A stretch of 64,000 nucleotides of DNA, from NCBI GenBank assembly GCA_020137815.1, contig CM035351.1, forward strand, positions 5,332,001 to 5,396,000, read 5' to 3'. Position 1 is the first letter of the stretch; each line of letters opens with the position of its first letter. Shown one piece after another: positions 43,440-58,428 of this stretch. The notes under the pieces are model-generated. The model did not search any database, was not told where the DNA came from, and worked only from the letters and a program-made list of their open reading frames with translations. A program made the translations under genes and the position numbers. The stretch comes from Hormiphora californensis (Eukaryota; Animalia; Ctenophora).

Positions 43440-43760
43440 TTCTGTACAGTTATAATACCCCAGAACGCCTGTTTCAAACCCCTGTACAGTTCTAATACCC
43501 CAGAACGCCTGTTTCTAACCCCTGCTGGCACAGTTAATAGTTATAATACCCCCAGCGTGTTGTAAAGCTCAATAGCTCTACTAAGGCTCCTATTTCCCAT
43601 GTTTAGCAGAATGGAACAAGAAAATAAGCCAGACCGAAAGTGCAACGATTACATTCAGCCGATACTTAACAATTCGAAGGTCAGGGTGCAGCTGTTTTTT
43701 TTCTCCACGACCTTTCATAAAAACAGAACAGATCTTGGTAAACTTGACATAGACACCTGG
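43440..43760 (+). pseudogene. Truncated, diverged duplicate of the zinc-finger gene 5' end
   Basis: Upstream repeat, acceptor plus ATGGAA and TTTTCTCCACGACCTTTCATAAAAACAGAACAGATC match 41474-41780; deletions and frameshift; no fingers follow. Confidence 0.75.
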
Positions 43761-43958
43761 CGCGACCCCCGCGACATGTGTGGGTCGCGCCAAGGGGTCT
43801 ATGTCACCAACTGATAGCGGTGTATTAGCGGTATGTTAAAACCATGCCCATTCAGGTACGAGGAAGCACCAAGTTGTGATAAAGTAGTGGTAAAAGAACG
43901 GGAGATGCAACTGAAAATGAAGCGCGGAATCTCTACTCCTCTAACCACCAGAAGTTGT

Positions 43959-44049
43959 TGGTAACGAAGTTACCCCTCCCTTGCCGGCGCGGCGTGCGAA
44001 GCACGCCAAACGAAGGCCTCACAGAGTGTGAGGTGTCTTCGATACCAAC
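43959..44049. mobile_element. Short hairpin-rich element, same family as 7963
   Basis: TTGGTAACGAAG...CTTCGATACCAA imperfect inverted termini with internal hairpins. Confidence 0.55.
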
Positions 44050-44354
44050 AGAAGTTGTAAGTTTGCATGCTTTCAGAGTCATGATCATATTCCGTTGCCA
44101 TAAATTAGTTTTCTAATTTTCATACGTTTGTTGATTTAACAACAGGGCCCTTTCTGATCCCCACCTTGATTCAGATCGTGATTCATGCAATGATCTCCGA
44201 ATGACTCCCTTTCTATTCTCTATTATCCCCTCCTACCTCACCTTATAGTCAAATGAAATTTAGGAAACATGATCACGCAGCTGTATACAGCTCTTTTCGA
44301 GATGAGAAAAGGAATAGTGAGAGGGAGAGAGAGAGATAGAAAAGAAGGGAAAGA

Positions 44355-44460
<106 letters not shown>

Positions 44461-44539
44461 GAGGAGGAGATGTTGTGTATTTGGCTGCACTGTTACCGTG
44501 GTGACGTACAGCCATGTGCAGAACTTCTTCACCTTCCCT

Positions 44540-44628
<89 letters not shown>

Positions 44629-45008
44629 AGATTTCTCTCTCCCTCTCTATCTAAGTTGCACTATTCTAAACCGATGGGGCACTCCTCCCGATGACTCTCG
44701 AGCTATTACGTCGAATGTTTTTTGCCCGCATAGTGATTTATTAGCGAGATCGAGAAGAGAGAGGGAACACGAGAGAGAAGGATAGAAAAGGGATAGTGAG
44801 GGAGGGAGCTAGAGGATTATAGAAGCAAGCACTTTTGTTTGGCAGCATGTGCACGGACGATCACGTGACCTCTCTGTCTGCTTGTCCCCCTCGCACGCTC
44901 TGAGAAGGATAGTCCCTGCTCTACGATCAGACCTGAACTTGTGCCATTGCTTGTGCAGTTCCGAGCGTGCACGTGTTGATAAATTCTTCGTCGTCAAATC
45001 TCCCCTTT

Positions 45009-45095
<87 letters not shown>

Positions 45096-45119
45096 CTCTC
45101 TCTCTCTCCCCCCTCTCTC

Positions 45120-45154
<35 letters not shown>

Positions 45155-45608
45155 TTCTCTCTAGCTATTTCATGACACGAAGCTCCTGAATAATCTCAGT
45201 TTGCACTATTTACAATGGTGGCTTGTCAGGGGGCTCATTTAGCAACGCGGCGTCAGCTTGTTTTGTTGCGAACACAAGCACATCATGTCAAGAGAGGGAG
45301 GGAGAGGGAGGAAGAGGGAGGGGGAGTGAGCGAGAGGGAGAGAGAGGGGGAGAGGGAGAGGGAGGAAGAGGGGAGAGAGAGAGGGATAGGGAGAGAGAGA
45401 GAGAGAGAGAGAAAGAGAGTGAGGAAGAGGGGTGAGAGATAGAGAGAGAGGGAGAGAGATAGATCCCTCCGATCCCCTTCTTTGAGTCATTCTTCTCCTA
45501 CACAATTGCTACACAATTGCTGCCATTCCCCCCTGACACTGTAATTAGTTTTACTCTGACTTGTAATATATCTTTGTTTAATCTCATAGCTGAATTTAGG
45601 ATTTCAAT

Positions 45609-46803
45609 ATGACCTTGTGTGAGAAGAAGTATGATACTGTCGTTGGTAGTTGGGTAAGTTTGTGTTTGATATGTTCATGCTCTCTCGCTTGAAGTTCAAG
45701 TTGAACCTTCTCTCATACTATCCAGAGCTGTCTGGCGGAGCCAGACCCCGTTTTGGCAGCGTACTCAGATCGGGTCGGCGCTGCCAGACAGATCTAGGAC
45801 GAAGTGTGATGCTGTTTCACAACGTAATCCCAGTCCTCCATTTCAGTATAACTCCGGATTCCATGGACATTCCCGAAGTCTCCCTCGAAATTATTACAAC
45901 ACATTCAGAGAAATATCCAAACCAACTCCACCGAGACGGTTCTCTAATAGGATTCAGGTTTGGACATATAATGTATAGCATATATCCCGGCGCCTGCAAG
46001 ATTAATTAAGCCGGTTTCTGTCGTCGGAGGCAAGAACAGCTTATTTAATCTTGCTCTACGGGGTTTCCGTACGTCACATATGCTGCACAAACCCCAATCC
46101 TAACGTATAATTAATTGTTTTTCTCTAATCAGGAGGGAACCTACTCACACCCCTTCACCAAACACGACAACAAGAAGACCTTCACAAATGACATTGATCA
46201 GCTCGCTCAGTATGGACTGAGAAAGGATCCAGCGCGGTCCCAGGGGAAGTTCAACAAGGGATTCATCTCATGGGATAAGAAACACGACCCTAAGAGATAC
46301 ATGTCCTGTTATCGGATGGACTCGAGGAGTGCTCCAGTTAACTTTAGTGTCAGAGAGTGTATGAAGGATTGGGAGCCACTGGGAAATAAGATGGAGCTGA
46401 CGAGTATTTATAAGGAGCATTTTTGTAGGCAGGCACCCCGGACACATGAGTTGAGGCCCCGGACAGCCCATAGACAGCCAACACCCCCAACGGAGCCACA
46501 GCCAAAGAAACAGAGACCCTTCACAACTAGCCTAGGTCAGTTGACCAATCAGGTGGTCGATTGTAACACGGCGAATTGCGGTTCATATACTCCTATAATC
46601 CTTTGTCCAACTCATATAACCCAGCTATTGTCCCCCGTCATCTAGGTAAGACAAGGGAGCGAGAGCGGCTGATGGAATTACGGCCCGAGTGGATGGGTAG
46701 TAGCCTTGTAAAACAGCGAAACCAAAGCGAGTTTTCCATCGCTAACGAGTACCATGGTTACCATGACAACAACGCAGACCAGCAACGACAACCCCGTGAG
46801 TAG
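45609..46803 (+). CDS. HDNR-domain protein, C3orf84/CIMIP7-like ciliary microtubule inner protein
   Basis: Exons 45609-45653, 45847-45957, 46133-46535, 46646-46803 splice in frame: VVGSW|YNSGFHGHSRS..KPTPPRRF..HPFTKHDNKKTF..YGLRKD, which matches my recollection of C3orf84 (LVGSWHNNGFYGHYRS..FSKHDNR). Confidence 0.8.
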
Positions 46804-47069
46804 ACCCCGTGAGAACTAGGAACAACCCCGTGAGTAGACCCGTGAGTATAACTAAAAACTGTCCATATCTGGAGTGAGAATCTGAAAAACTAGGTCCATG
46901 TGAGTCTGAAATACCGTAGCTACGGTAATACGTGACAAGATTGAAGTGAAGTTTCCACTTATTAATCTCATGAGGCGTGTTTCTCAATTCAAGATTAAGT
47001 AACGTACTAGTGGAGACTTCACCATCCTTATCTTCTTCAATCTTCATAATTAGTGCCCAGCCAGAAGTG

Positions 47070-47240
47070 GTGCCGACCAGTTGGTGTGTAGTCGATCTCG
47101 AGGGGGAGGGTTCCTAAGAAGTGTGTCTCCAGTGTGCCGACCAGTAGTCGAGAGGGGGGGGGGGCTTTCTTGTCAGTGTGCCGACCAGTAGTTGAGAGGG
47201 GGGGGGGGCTTTCTTGTCAGTGTGCCGACCAGTTTGTGTG
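47070..47240. repeat. Short tandem repeat GTGTGCCGACCAGTAGT.GAGAG(G)nCTTTCTTGTCA
   Basis: GTGCCGACCAGT occurs four times. Confidence 0.75.
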
Positions 47241-47496
47241 TATGAAGTATGTATGGCAGTGAAGTTTGTGAGTTATCATGGCTATGTGAAGTATGTATGC
47301 AGTATTCTGAATCTTCAGAATTTCAGAAGAACTAGAATACCACATACGAAACAAGAGAAAGAATTTGAAAAAGTAAGAATGCTTTTATAGCGACACTTAT
47401 CAGTCCTAAATAGAACAAGAACTGTGCTATTTCCCTCTGACGTCTCCTCTGACGTGTTATTAACCTGCCGATTATAATACACAACTCTTGCCTGTG

Positions 47497-48138
<642 letters not shown>

Positions 48139-49726
48139 AGTCGAGTCTGTGTACACTTACTGGAGTGTGCCAGTGTGCTGCAAGGTGGACCGAGGCTCAG
48201 TTGAAATATTCAACAGGGTGCAATAGCCAGCAGTAGCCAGGGAATACACTTCACTCTTTATCATAGCCCCTCTCTTCAACTAGCTCTCTCATTCTCAATC
48301 CCTCTCTCGTCCCATTACTCCTTCTCAACCTAGCTGTTATAGCTCTCGCTGCTTCTCATACCCTCTCCCTATCCCCCTACTCATCCCCTGATCTATCTCT
48401 CTCATCCCCTCTCATCCTCCAACTCTCCCTTTGTTGTAGGACGGAGCATTAGCGAACCTAGAGAGCTGCAGCAGCAGGGCTACAACACTGCGCCAACAAC
48501 AGAACTTCCAACTACAGAGTAACTCCTCCGTTCTACTGATGTGTTCAGATTAACTCTCTCTCTCTCATTGGCATCTTGTTTCTAGTCGTGACTCTCCCAC
48601 CATTGATATCACTTTCTGCTGTATATATATATCCTGCTCTCACAAACTATTTCATTCTGTTCCACGTGTGTTTATCTGTTTTGCATGTGTACCCATTCCC
48701 TGTGTATTCCTGCTTGTAATCTTGCATGAACTATTAAATGCAGTTGCCTAATTTGATGTGCTAGGAAATGTTGCAACATGTTGCCTTGTCTGGCGGTGCC
48801 TGCCAGATTAGATCTTGAGATTGGAGAATTGCAAGCTCTGACACCCCGCCTAGACATCAAATTCGCCCCTTATTAAACGTTCATGTTTATTGATGTTTAC
48901 TGTCGCTCCATGTTATAAAGAAGCAATTCATCTAATGGCTACATAATGAATAATTGATAATTTAGCCACCCTCTAATTCCCACTCTAACTCGCTCTTTAT
49001 CCATCCTCTTCTTTTTTGTCTAATACTACTTCGGTCTCTTTTTTTCCCTTTCACTTCATCTAACCGATCAAAAAATTATCTCCACGACTTACACTCTCTG
49101 TTACACACACTTTCCAGTGCTCTCTAATAAAGTTCCTTTTCTCATCGACTTGACCTTCCCACCTCCCTAGTTGCACGTGCTAATCTGCTGGTCCTGAAAG
49201 GAGATCTAGGCTGGGAAATGGGATGATCTGGCCTCATACCCCGAAACACACATTCTTTTTCGCCGTAATATACGTCTTTCTCCCTGTATCTCTGTATCTT
49301 TCATTACATGAATTATATATCTTTTCAAAACTTTATTAATGATCAGAAGTTTCCTCCCTCTTGATCCACGTGCCGTAGACCAGAGCATGCATGGGGTAGA
49401 TCAGACTCAGAGCATGCCAACTGAAGCATAATAATGGCTTCTTACAGCTGTTTCATCTCTACTGTTTAGAATGTCGAGTACTCTCTATAGCATTGTGGTT
49501 CGATTCCCTCTCGTGCAGCATGTATAATGGTAAAATAGAGACTGAGAGAGAGACGTGTGATAAATACATGCAAATAAGTGTCTCCCTCCGTATTAACTAT
49601 ATTCAACGTGTTCTCATTATAATGAAAATATTCAATACATATATCTTGTTGTTGTGTAACTGATCGGAGTCATTAATATTATAATACAGAGCTCCTTTGA
49701 AAACTGAATGTTATCACGCTTTTGTC

Positions 49727-49831
49727 CAGGAACCGAAACAAGTAAACAACCAATCAGAACTCGTTATTTAGGTCACGTGACTGGTTATCAGCCAATTAGG
49801 GACCAGTATTTCCTGATCCGGTCGGTTCCTG
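49727..49831. mobile_element. Complete ~105-bp MITE (10-bp TIR CAGGAACCGA/TCGGTTCCTG)
   Basis: Both termini present; opposite orientation to the other copies. Confidence 0.88.
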
Positions 49832-50747
49832 CTTTTATCAATTCCAGCCTCGAGTTGCTCTTCTATCTTCCACGTTTACTAAATTCAAATTTGAACAAAT
49901 ACTATCACCATCCACTTGCAATTGCATTGGCCTGGCCCTAATATTCACATTTCTTTTGAAGAGCGCGAGAACTGTGGTCAGAGCTCATTGGCCTGACAAC
50001 TTGCGAAAACTTCGAAGTTGATCGACGATGAATGAAGCTTTGCATCATACGGGCATTGCGCCAGGATCTATACACCAAATATATATTGGCACACAATAGT
50101 ATCGATCACAGCTACATATATTGTGCTGGTTTATGATGAACAAGAGGTTACGTTGCATAATAAAGGATGATACTTGGAGTTGTGCCAGCTTCAAGCAATT
50201 GATCGGCGATAAGGACTGGAGAGAGTGAATTATACAGAGACAAAATGAGAGTGAGAGTGAGAGGAGAGAGAATAGAAGAGAGAGATGAGAGAGAGAGAGC
50301 TAGAGACAGAGAGAGCAGGAAACCCCTTTACTTGCTTCATACAATGCAGCTGTGGTGGGGAAGAAGGAGACGCATAATTTTCTATGCCTCTTGATTCATC
50401 TAGCTGATTAATTTCCATTGCGTGGCCTCTCCAGTACTGCAGCAGTGAGAGAGAAGGGTCAGGAGGGAGAATTTGATTGTCGACTTCTCCTCACAAGTCA
50501 TCCCATCTTACCATGACGCCCAAATCATATGTTCTTTCCAGACAAATTTGACACACTACGTCACAGCCGGCCTTCCTTTGGGGAATTAGAAAAAATATTT
50601 TAATAACCGTATATACAGTATGTTTTAGTAGCAACGCAAGTTAATTTGTCGAATCTTGTTTGAAGATGTTGTTTGAAGAAATTGCCCCGGGTCAGGAATG
50701 AAAGGAGAAACAGAGATAGAAACAGAGATAGAGAGAGAGATAGAAAC

Positions 50748-50790
<43 letters not shown>

Positions 50791-52348
50791 ACATTCCTGA
50801 GGAAATTCATGTTTGAGGAATTTGACATAAATCTCGATTTGGCGTGTCAAAACGTTTATAATTTCTACTGTAGAGCTTGCTTATTTTACCCTTCAAGAAG
50901 TTGCCCCCTCCTCCAATCTATATAAGACTAGTCGAGGGGTGGGATTGCAATATGAATAATTTGTCGAGACAGCGGTACCATATGCATGATATGATGAATT
51001 CCGATTAATGGCAAAATCAAAACCATCTCAGATTTATGTTTTATTTCGTCATTTCGATTTAACACCTGTACCCAATATATGACACCCACTGGAGAGATCT
51101 CTTGCTCCCTCTCTCTCATCTCTCTCTTTTCCAATTCATCTCTGCAATCAATGATCAGGTCGTATAAGATCGTTTGCCGCTTCGACTCTTGACTCTTTCT
51201 TAAGGTCTGAAAAGTGAGAATCTCTTGACAAACTCTCTCTCTCCACTTTATATCAGTTAGATAAAATGGGTAGAGAGAGAGAGAGAGTTTGCTGTATAAA
51301 CGACATAAACCCGTTAATAGTGATCTGTGCATAGTTATACGTCTGAAAACCACATTAATCACACCTGTATTCGCGCTGCCTTGACAATCTCTTGAAGATT
51401 ACTTTCTTCCTACACTCCCACATCTTGGGGAACCAAGTTTGAGGTTAGCAACTACTTGTGTAGCTCACACTCCATATTATTTCAATTGGGTTGGCGGCAG
51501 TTCAAGTAACTACTTGACATGCAGTCCCAGTCTGCGTAGCAGTTCAAGTAGGTACCTATAGGTAGTAGGTATACCTACTACCAGGAAGTCGCCCAGCGAC
51601 ACTTAGTTGAATATTTAACGATGAAATTCTTTTGTTAAGTCGTTAAAGTGTCTTTCTTTATACCCTAGCAAATTCTTATTACCCTGGCAAATAGCCAGGA
51701 AGATTCGCACCGCGTTCAGCATGAGAAAGAAGAATATTTAAACTAAAGATCATTTGCTCGACCCTCGATCACTTGCTCGACCCTCGCCAGTGGTGGTGGA
51801 TAAATTTCCCCTGATAATAGGGAATCAAAAACATTTCACCCCGAATCCAAACATACCGGGCACCCGGATCATTTACCGGGCAAATCCTTTTACGCGAGCA
51901 TCCAACTGTATTTTGAATCAAAAGCAATTAATCAAAATTTGATTAATTGTTTTGTCTTTTTGTATTCGGCATTCACCCAAGCAGGACAAAAGTGGCATAC
52001 AGTACAGCTGCATTTTATTTGCTGATTGACCGTTTTTTAAACAATCAGACTCTGTTAAATAAGATATTATTAATAATAATATGTCCAGCGGAGTAATAAC
52101 TTTACAATTATTCTCATGACAGTAGGTCAACAATTTTTGTTATGTGCGAGATAGTGTACTATTATTGTGGGATATTATACAATACTATTACGTGCGTCAA
52201 GCCATCACGGCTAATGCCCGCATACACATGCTATAGATCTACTGATATCTAACATTATTGTTAGCTGTATTGTGTCTTCTAACACATAGAATAAACTAAC
52301 TTTCATTTCTTTAGCTCTCGTATTTCTCTAGCTCTCATTCCTGTTCTA

Positions 52349-53540
52349 CAGGGTGTCCCACTGTCTTTGCGTGACCTACGATTACTGGTCATGACCGGGT
52401 TCCGTCAAATTAATCAAAACTCATCGAAAAATTGGTCAAAATGGTTCTAACAAAAACCAGTGTTCTAGAGAATTGTCTGGCGAACATTTTGGTTGCAAGA
52501 TTGACGTTCCAAGTCTTACCAATCGTCAGATATATCGTCGTCAAAATAACGTGTTCATGAAATCCGACCGGGGTTCACGTTTTGAAAAATTCACAAATGC
52601 AAAGTTGCTCGGATCACATTGCATCCCTCATAAGAGGAAATTGTCTGGCGGTCATTTTGGTACCCGGGTTTTTGTCCTAGCTCAATGTTTAGAGTGTCTT
52701 ATGACAGTCTAAAGACGAAATTCAGCCAGCATTTTTGAGGGGATCACGTGTCATCAACAAATGGGTAAAATGATTTGAAATTTACAAGAGCTTCATTGGA
52801 ATCGTCTAAGGTTCATTTTGATACCATGGTTTTTTCCATAGCTCTACGTTTAAGTTGCGTTATGACTGTAGGAACATAAAGATTTTTCTATGCTGAGTCT
52901 TAGTTGGTATCGGCTCACAACCCCTAATTAGGTGGCTCGGTGTCGTGTGTAATCCCATGATAATCAGCACATATCGTCTCAATTTCATCTAGATACTTGA
53001 CAGGGTTGTTATGACGATTTGGCAAGACCCCTGTTAATGTGTAGGATACGCAAGTGGTCTATCTCAACCCTATCATGCACTAAGATGTTATTCAAGCAGC
53101 TATGAGCTTCATAACAGGGCAAAATGCAATGCGATACCTGAGACCAATTTTGAGAAAATTCCAGTTCTGACAGTCATAAGACACTCTAAACATTGAGCTA
53201 GAATAAAAACCCGGGTACCAAAATTACCGCCAGACAATTTCCTACAACTCTTATGAGGGATGCAATGTGATCCGAGCAACTTTGAATTTGTGAATTTTTC
53301 AAAACGTGAACCCCGGTCGGATTTCATGAACACGTATTTTTGACTTTACGACGATATATCTGATGATTGGTAAGACTTGGAAAGTCAATCTTGCAACCAA
53401 AATGTTCGCCAGACAATTCTCTAGAACACTGGTTTTTGTTAGAACCATTTTGACCAATTTTTCGATGAGTTTTGGTTAGTTTAATGGAGCCCGGTCATGA
53501 CCCAAAATCGCAGGTCACGCAAAGACAGTGGGACACCCTG
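52349..53540. mobile_element. Non-autonomous Tc1/mariner-like element with ~360-bp TIRs
   Basis: TA|CAGGGTGTCCCACTGTCTTTGCG ... CGCAAAGACAGTGGGACACCCTG; 52349-~52709 mirrors ~53168-53540; no transposase ORF. Confidence 0.88.
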
Positions 53541-55080
53541 CAGTACTTCTATCAATTTGGTTATTCAAAAGTACTCATTTAATTTGGTTATTTATTGTTG
53601 GATCTAAATTCTAATCGTATCTAGACTAATGTAGCATTATTAAGCAGCAACATCAACTTCTTCTTCTGCCATTCACCGTACCTTCCCCTACTTTTCTTTC
53701 TTGAAAATAAGATACTTTTTATTAGGTTCATATGTTGTATTACTAGAGTTTACTACCTAGAGATCCTGTCTGACTGTGCGTTCATCCATGTGTTGCCAGT
53801 AGAAATATATCCCTGCAGGGAGGGGGAATAAAAATAGATCCAAGGGGTGGAGAGAGCTTTCTAGGGTAGAAAGTTACACTTTATAGGGTAGAGAACTAGA
53901 GAGCTATAGGGTAGAGAACTAGAAAGCTAGGGTAGATTGTACAGAAAGGGAAGGAAAGTAAAACTGTAAAAGCAAACGCTTGGGAGAGCTGGGAAAACTT
54001 TCAGGATAGAAACAGTCGCGACTCGCGAGAGAGAGAGAGAGAGAATGAGAGAGTATAATAGAGAGAGCCAGTATTACTATATTTTGTCAATGTGCGTCCC
54101 ATGTGCGTCACCGTGGTATTGCGGTAAAAGTAGGGGCACTAAACTGTTAACAAGCATATGCACTGACTACTGGGAATGGGTAAATGGTGCAACTATAACC
54201 GCTACAAGAGAGGATTTTGTGGTATTTAGGAAGAGATTACGAGCTTTATCATTTCGTTTCTTCCTCGGCTAGTACGTCTCTGGAATCACGTAGTTTAACT
54301 TGAATGTTTATTTTGAGTTAGAAATTGAGAGCTTGGTTCAAAATTAGTTTACACGACTGTTATGTCTTTATCACATTTATAATTAAAGTTTGAAACAAGT
54401 TAGACACTTGTATGACACTTCTTGTCAACGTTATCAGACGAATTATAAGTCTTTGAGTTTGACGTAGTTATTAGTTTATAACACACACCTTGCCATAATC
54501 TTGTCACTGACAGATGTAGTCCTCCTATGTGATATTGGGGCTCCTTTCTGAACTGTCAGATGGGTTCCGCGACGCCAGACAGTTTATATGAACATGTCAT
54601 GAAGATTCTTATTTCTTAGGAACAGATCTGAGTTGTTGAGTAACAAGATCTGAGTTGTTGAGTAAGATCTTAGATCTGAGCGCAATATCATAAGGGGAAG
54701 GCACAACCTATTTATCTTGTTTGATCTCTTGTTGTGTAACCTACTATCACTCGACTCATTTCTATTTTCTATCTGCACCTACTTTGAGTTAAATTGATAA
54801 AAGAGCAATATCTTTGATTATGAATCATTATCAAGGACTGGACATCCATTTTCTAGGAGATTTCTCTCTCCCAGTTTCATGACCGTAACTCGTAAGAGCT
54901 TATATAAGTTCTAAGTAGGTTACACCTTAATCCTTGGGGATGGGCCGCAGCGTAATAGATATCCATGCAGCTTGTAGTTTGATGCAGTCAACGAGATATT
55001 GATATCCACTCTACAATTATCATCAGCTATTGTCACAACTTACAACACCCCTTTAGTACGAGTTTAGTTCCAGTGCAGTT

Positions 55081-58000
55081 ATGGCATCAGCAGTGCTGAA
55101 TGTATCAGTTTCAGATGGATCCTATATTCTCCTGACGTCATCAATGATATCAGATCTGGTTAGTGCAAACTATAGTTGTGAGATATGAGTTGTTGCAAAG
55201 TTATTTATCCAGGATTCCCAAACGATCACACAAATCCCCCTCTCCCTACTTAGTATTAACTTCCCCCCCCCCACTAGTTAGGTGTGGACGAGGCGCTTTA
55301 TAACAACCAGGTTTCCCTCAACGTCACATGGATAGTATTTGCTACTTCCCTTGTTTTTATCATGCAGGTAATTCTAACTCTGAATTAAACTTTAAAGTGG
55401 GTAATATGCATGTGGGGTACTGGGTAACCATTGGGGTAACACATCTGGTTAGGTTGTCCAGGACGGGATGGAAATAGAAGTGACCCGGTAACACATGAAG
55501 AGAGGGAGTTGCCCTGTAAGATCCTAACCCTCATAGAAATCCACTCTGGGGCAGGTTGACAGGTTGTGGGCTACCAAGAGTTTATCCTACACAGTCAATC
55601 CCTCTCATTCTCTCTCCCAGGTCAGGGCAGGTTGTCCTAATCCCTCTTATTCCCAGGCCGGTTTCACGATGATTGAAGTAGGTTCAGTGCGGATAAAGAA
55701 TACAAAAAGTATTCTTATAAAGAACCTGCTGGATTGCTGCTTTGGATCGGTCGTATTCTTTGCATATGGATGGGCGCTAGCCTTCGGAGAGAGCAACGCT
55801 TTTATAGGTATGCGGGTTTTAGATTGCGGAGTACAGCCCTTAAAAAACTAACACATTTACTTAAACTATGTATATTTGACAATATTTTATCTGTCCCCCT
55901 AATTGTTATCAAGTTTTCCTCCCAAATTCACCACCTTTATTATACCCAGGTGGCAATGGTTTCCTGTTACTGAGCGATATGGGAAATACTACGGGGGAGG
56001 AAGCACGTACTTATGCCCTGTGGACGTTTCAATACACCTTCTGTGCCACTGCTTCAACCATCGTCTCAGGTGTGTGTGTGTGTCACGTGTTGCCCATATA
56101 TGGTGTTATGTGTCACGTGTTCCCCATATATGGTGTTGTGTGTCACGTGGGAAGTGAGTTTTACTTGATTGCAAAATTTCTTCAGGAGCGGTTGCGGAGA
56201 GGACCCAATTGTTTGCCTACCTTGTTTACACCTTCTTCCTTACCACCTTCATCTACCCACCCGTCGCCCATTGGCTATGGACGGAAGAAGGCTGGGCAAG
56301 TGTCCACAACAAAGATAACCGGCTCTTCGGGGTGGGCGTCCTTGATTTTGCAGGAGTGTCCGCAGTACACATGGTGGGCGGGAGTTGTGCCCTAATTGGT
56401 GCGTATCTAGTGGGACCGAGGATTGGACGATTTGATAAGAATAGGAAGATAGCGAAGCAAAACACTGTATTCCAAGTACTGGGTAAGTGAAACTTGATTA
56501 CTGATTACTAGTAGGCCCGTTCGCCCTACGGGCGAATTTCGGGGAAATGGTAGCTGGTTTAGGGAACGCTGACATCACCTGCACCATCCGTTCCTAGCCT
56601 CTCTCTCACTTTCTCCCTACCCATGTTGTTGTACGCTCTGGGCTTCCTGACAATGTCAAGGTGCGAATTTAAGAAATCAATGTCAGGGAGGCACAGTGCT
56701 GTTCCAGAAACTCATCACGTGAAAACTTGGCCGCTATGTAGCCAATTCAGAGATTTCTACGGTTGGAGTAATCACCCTTGGGCGACGTTGGGTAAAGCTA
56801 TCAGTAGTCGTTGATTGGCTCGCTTGAACACGTTGGCGTAATCTGTCATATTCTCTAGCCTGCTCCCTGACAGCAGCAGATCTTCCGGACCCAGATGACC
56901 GTTGCCGAATAGCGCTTGGGGTTGAAGAGTTAGACATCAGGACAAAAGTAAAAGAATGCACGTGCAGAATTGAATTTCCCTTAGTACCCAAAACTGCAAC
57001 TGGGAGTGAGGTTTCTAAGTTGCTCTAATAATTGCACGTGCAGGTGTAGTTGCTAGGTGATGTAGCACTGACAATTTGAATAGTAAGTAGTATGATGTAG
57101 TAACCGTCCCATTTGGATTTTAATACTGTGATGGAGATGCACGCCCCCCCCCCATAACCATCCTCCCCGTCTTCATAGAGAGTAACACACGATCCCCCCC
57201 CCCCCCCCCCCGTTTCATTGGCCATCTTCCCCTCCCAGGTACCTTGTTGCTTTGGTTTGGTTGGTACGGGTTCAACTGTGGATCTACACAGAGTATTATA
57301 GGTACACACGCCCAATCCGCCTCTAAAATTGGTGTCGCTACCACAGCTTCCGCAGCCGCTTCTGGTAAGTGTTTTTTCTTGTTTTATAGCATGGTTTGGG
57401 ATAATTTTTAGTGCCAGGGTCGGGTACAAGTTAGCACTAAGATTCGAGTGTTAAGTAGATAACACTTGATTTCAGGTACAACGACGATTCTTTTGAACTT
57501 CTTTCTGGATCGAAGATTTGATCCGACTACCGTGTGTAATGGAATCTTGGGAGGGCTAGTGAGCGTCACTGGAGGTAAATAATAAAAAATATCCATCTCT
57601 TGCTATTCCTCCCGTTATATGATTCAGTAGCTATCGGTATAATAATACAGGACTTTTAGTTATGCTAACCGGACACTTCTATTCAGCTTGTGCATTTGTA
57701 CTTCCCTACGAGTCAGTTATCATTGGGGTGATTGGAGCACACGTTTACTACTTTGGATCTAAGGTAGGATAAGTAGTAACCCCCTCGTTGAGTAAGGGGC
57801 CGGGGTCTCTCACCCCTTACTAAACAGCACCACCCCCTCGTTTCAGTTGTTAGTATCTCTAAAGATAGATGATGTGGTAGATGCAAGTCCAGTCCACCTG
57901 TTCTGTGGCACGTGGGGTTTGATTGCAGCTCCAATATTCTGCAACAAGGATATCTTTGATGCCACATTCCCCGATGTGGATAGTCAAGACGTTGGATATG

Positions 58001-58376
58001 GACTCTTAGAAAATGTGAGTGAGAAAGCATCATGGCTGATGATGCAAGCCATGAAAACTATTCTTCCTCCGTTCCTCCCATTATCCCTGTCTGGTGGCGC
58101 CGACTCGATGATATAAGCGCATTATCCCATGTCACTAGATTTTAACCCATAACGATATATTCTTCTTTGCAGGGCAAGATAGGAGGGATGCATCTTGCAG
58201 CTAACTTGGTGTTCATGATTGTTGTTATAAGTTGGGTGTCCTTTATCGCATTTCCACTATTCCTAACGCTCAAGGTGAGGGAATAGAAGTGAAAGTATAA
58301 TCCTGAAGGGTTGGTAAACTGGGTTTTTTGACTTGACTCATATTGCCGAATTCCTAAGAATCACAAGCATAGTCGG

Positions 58377-58428
<52 letters not shown>

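Noticed and set aside
48440-48553. Possible isolated exon after ttgtag acceptor (DGALANLESC..)
   Set aside because: No partner exons or recognisable homology.
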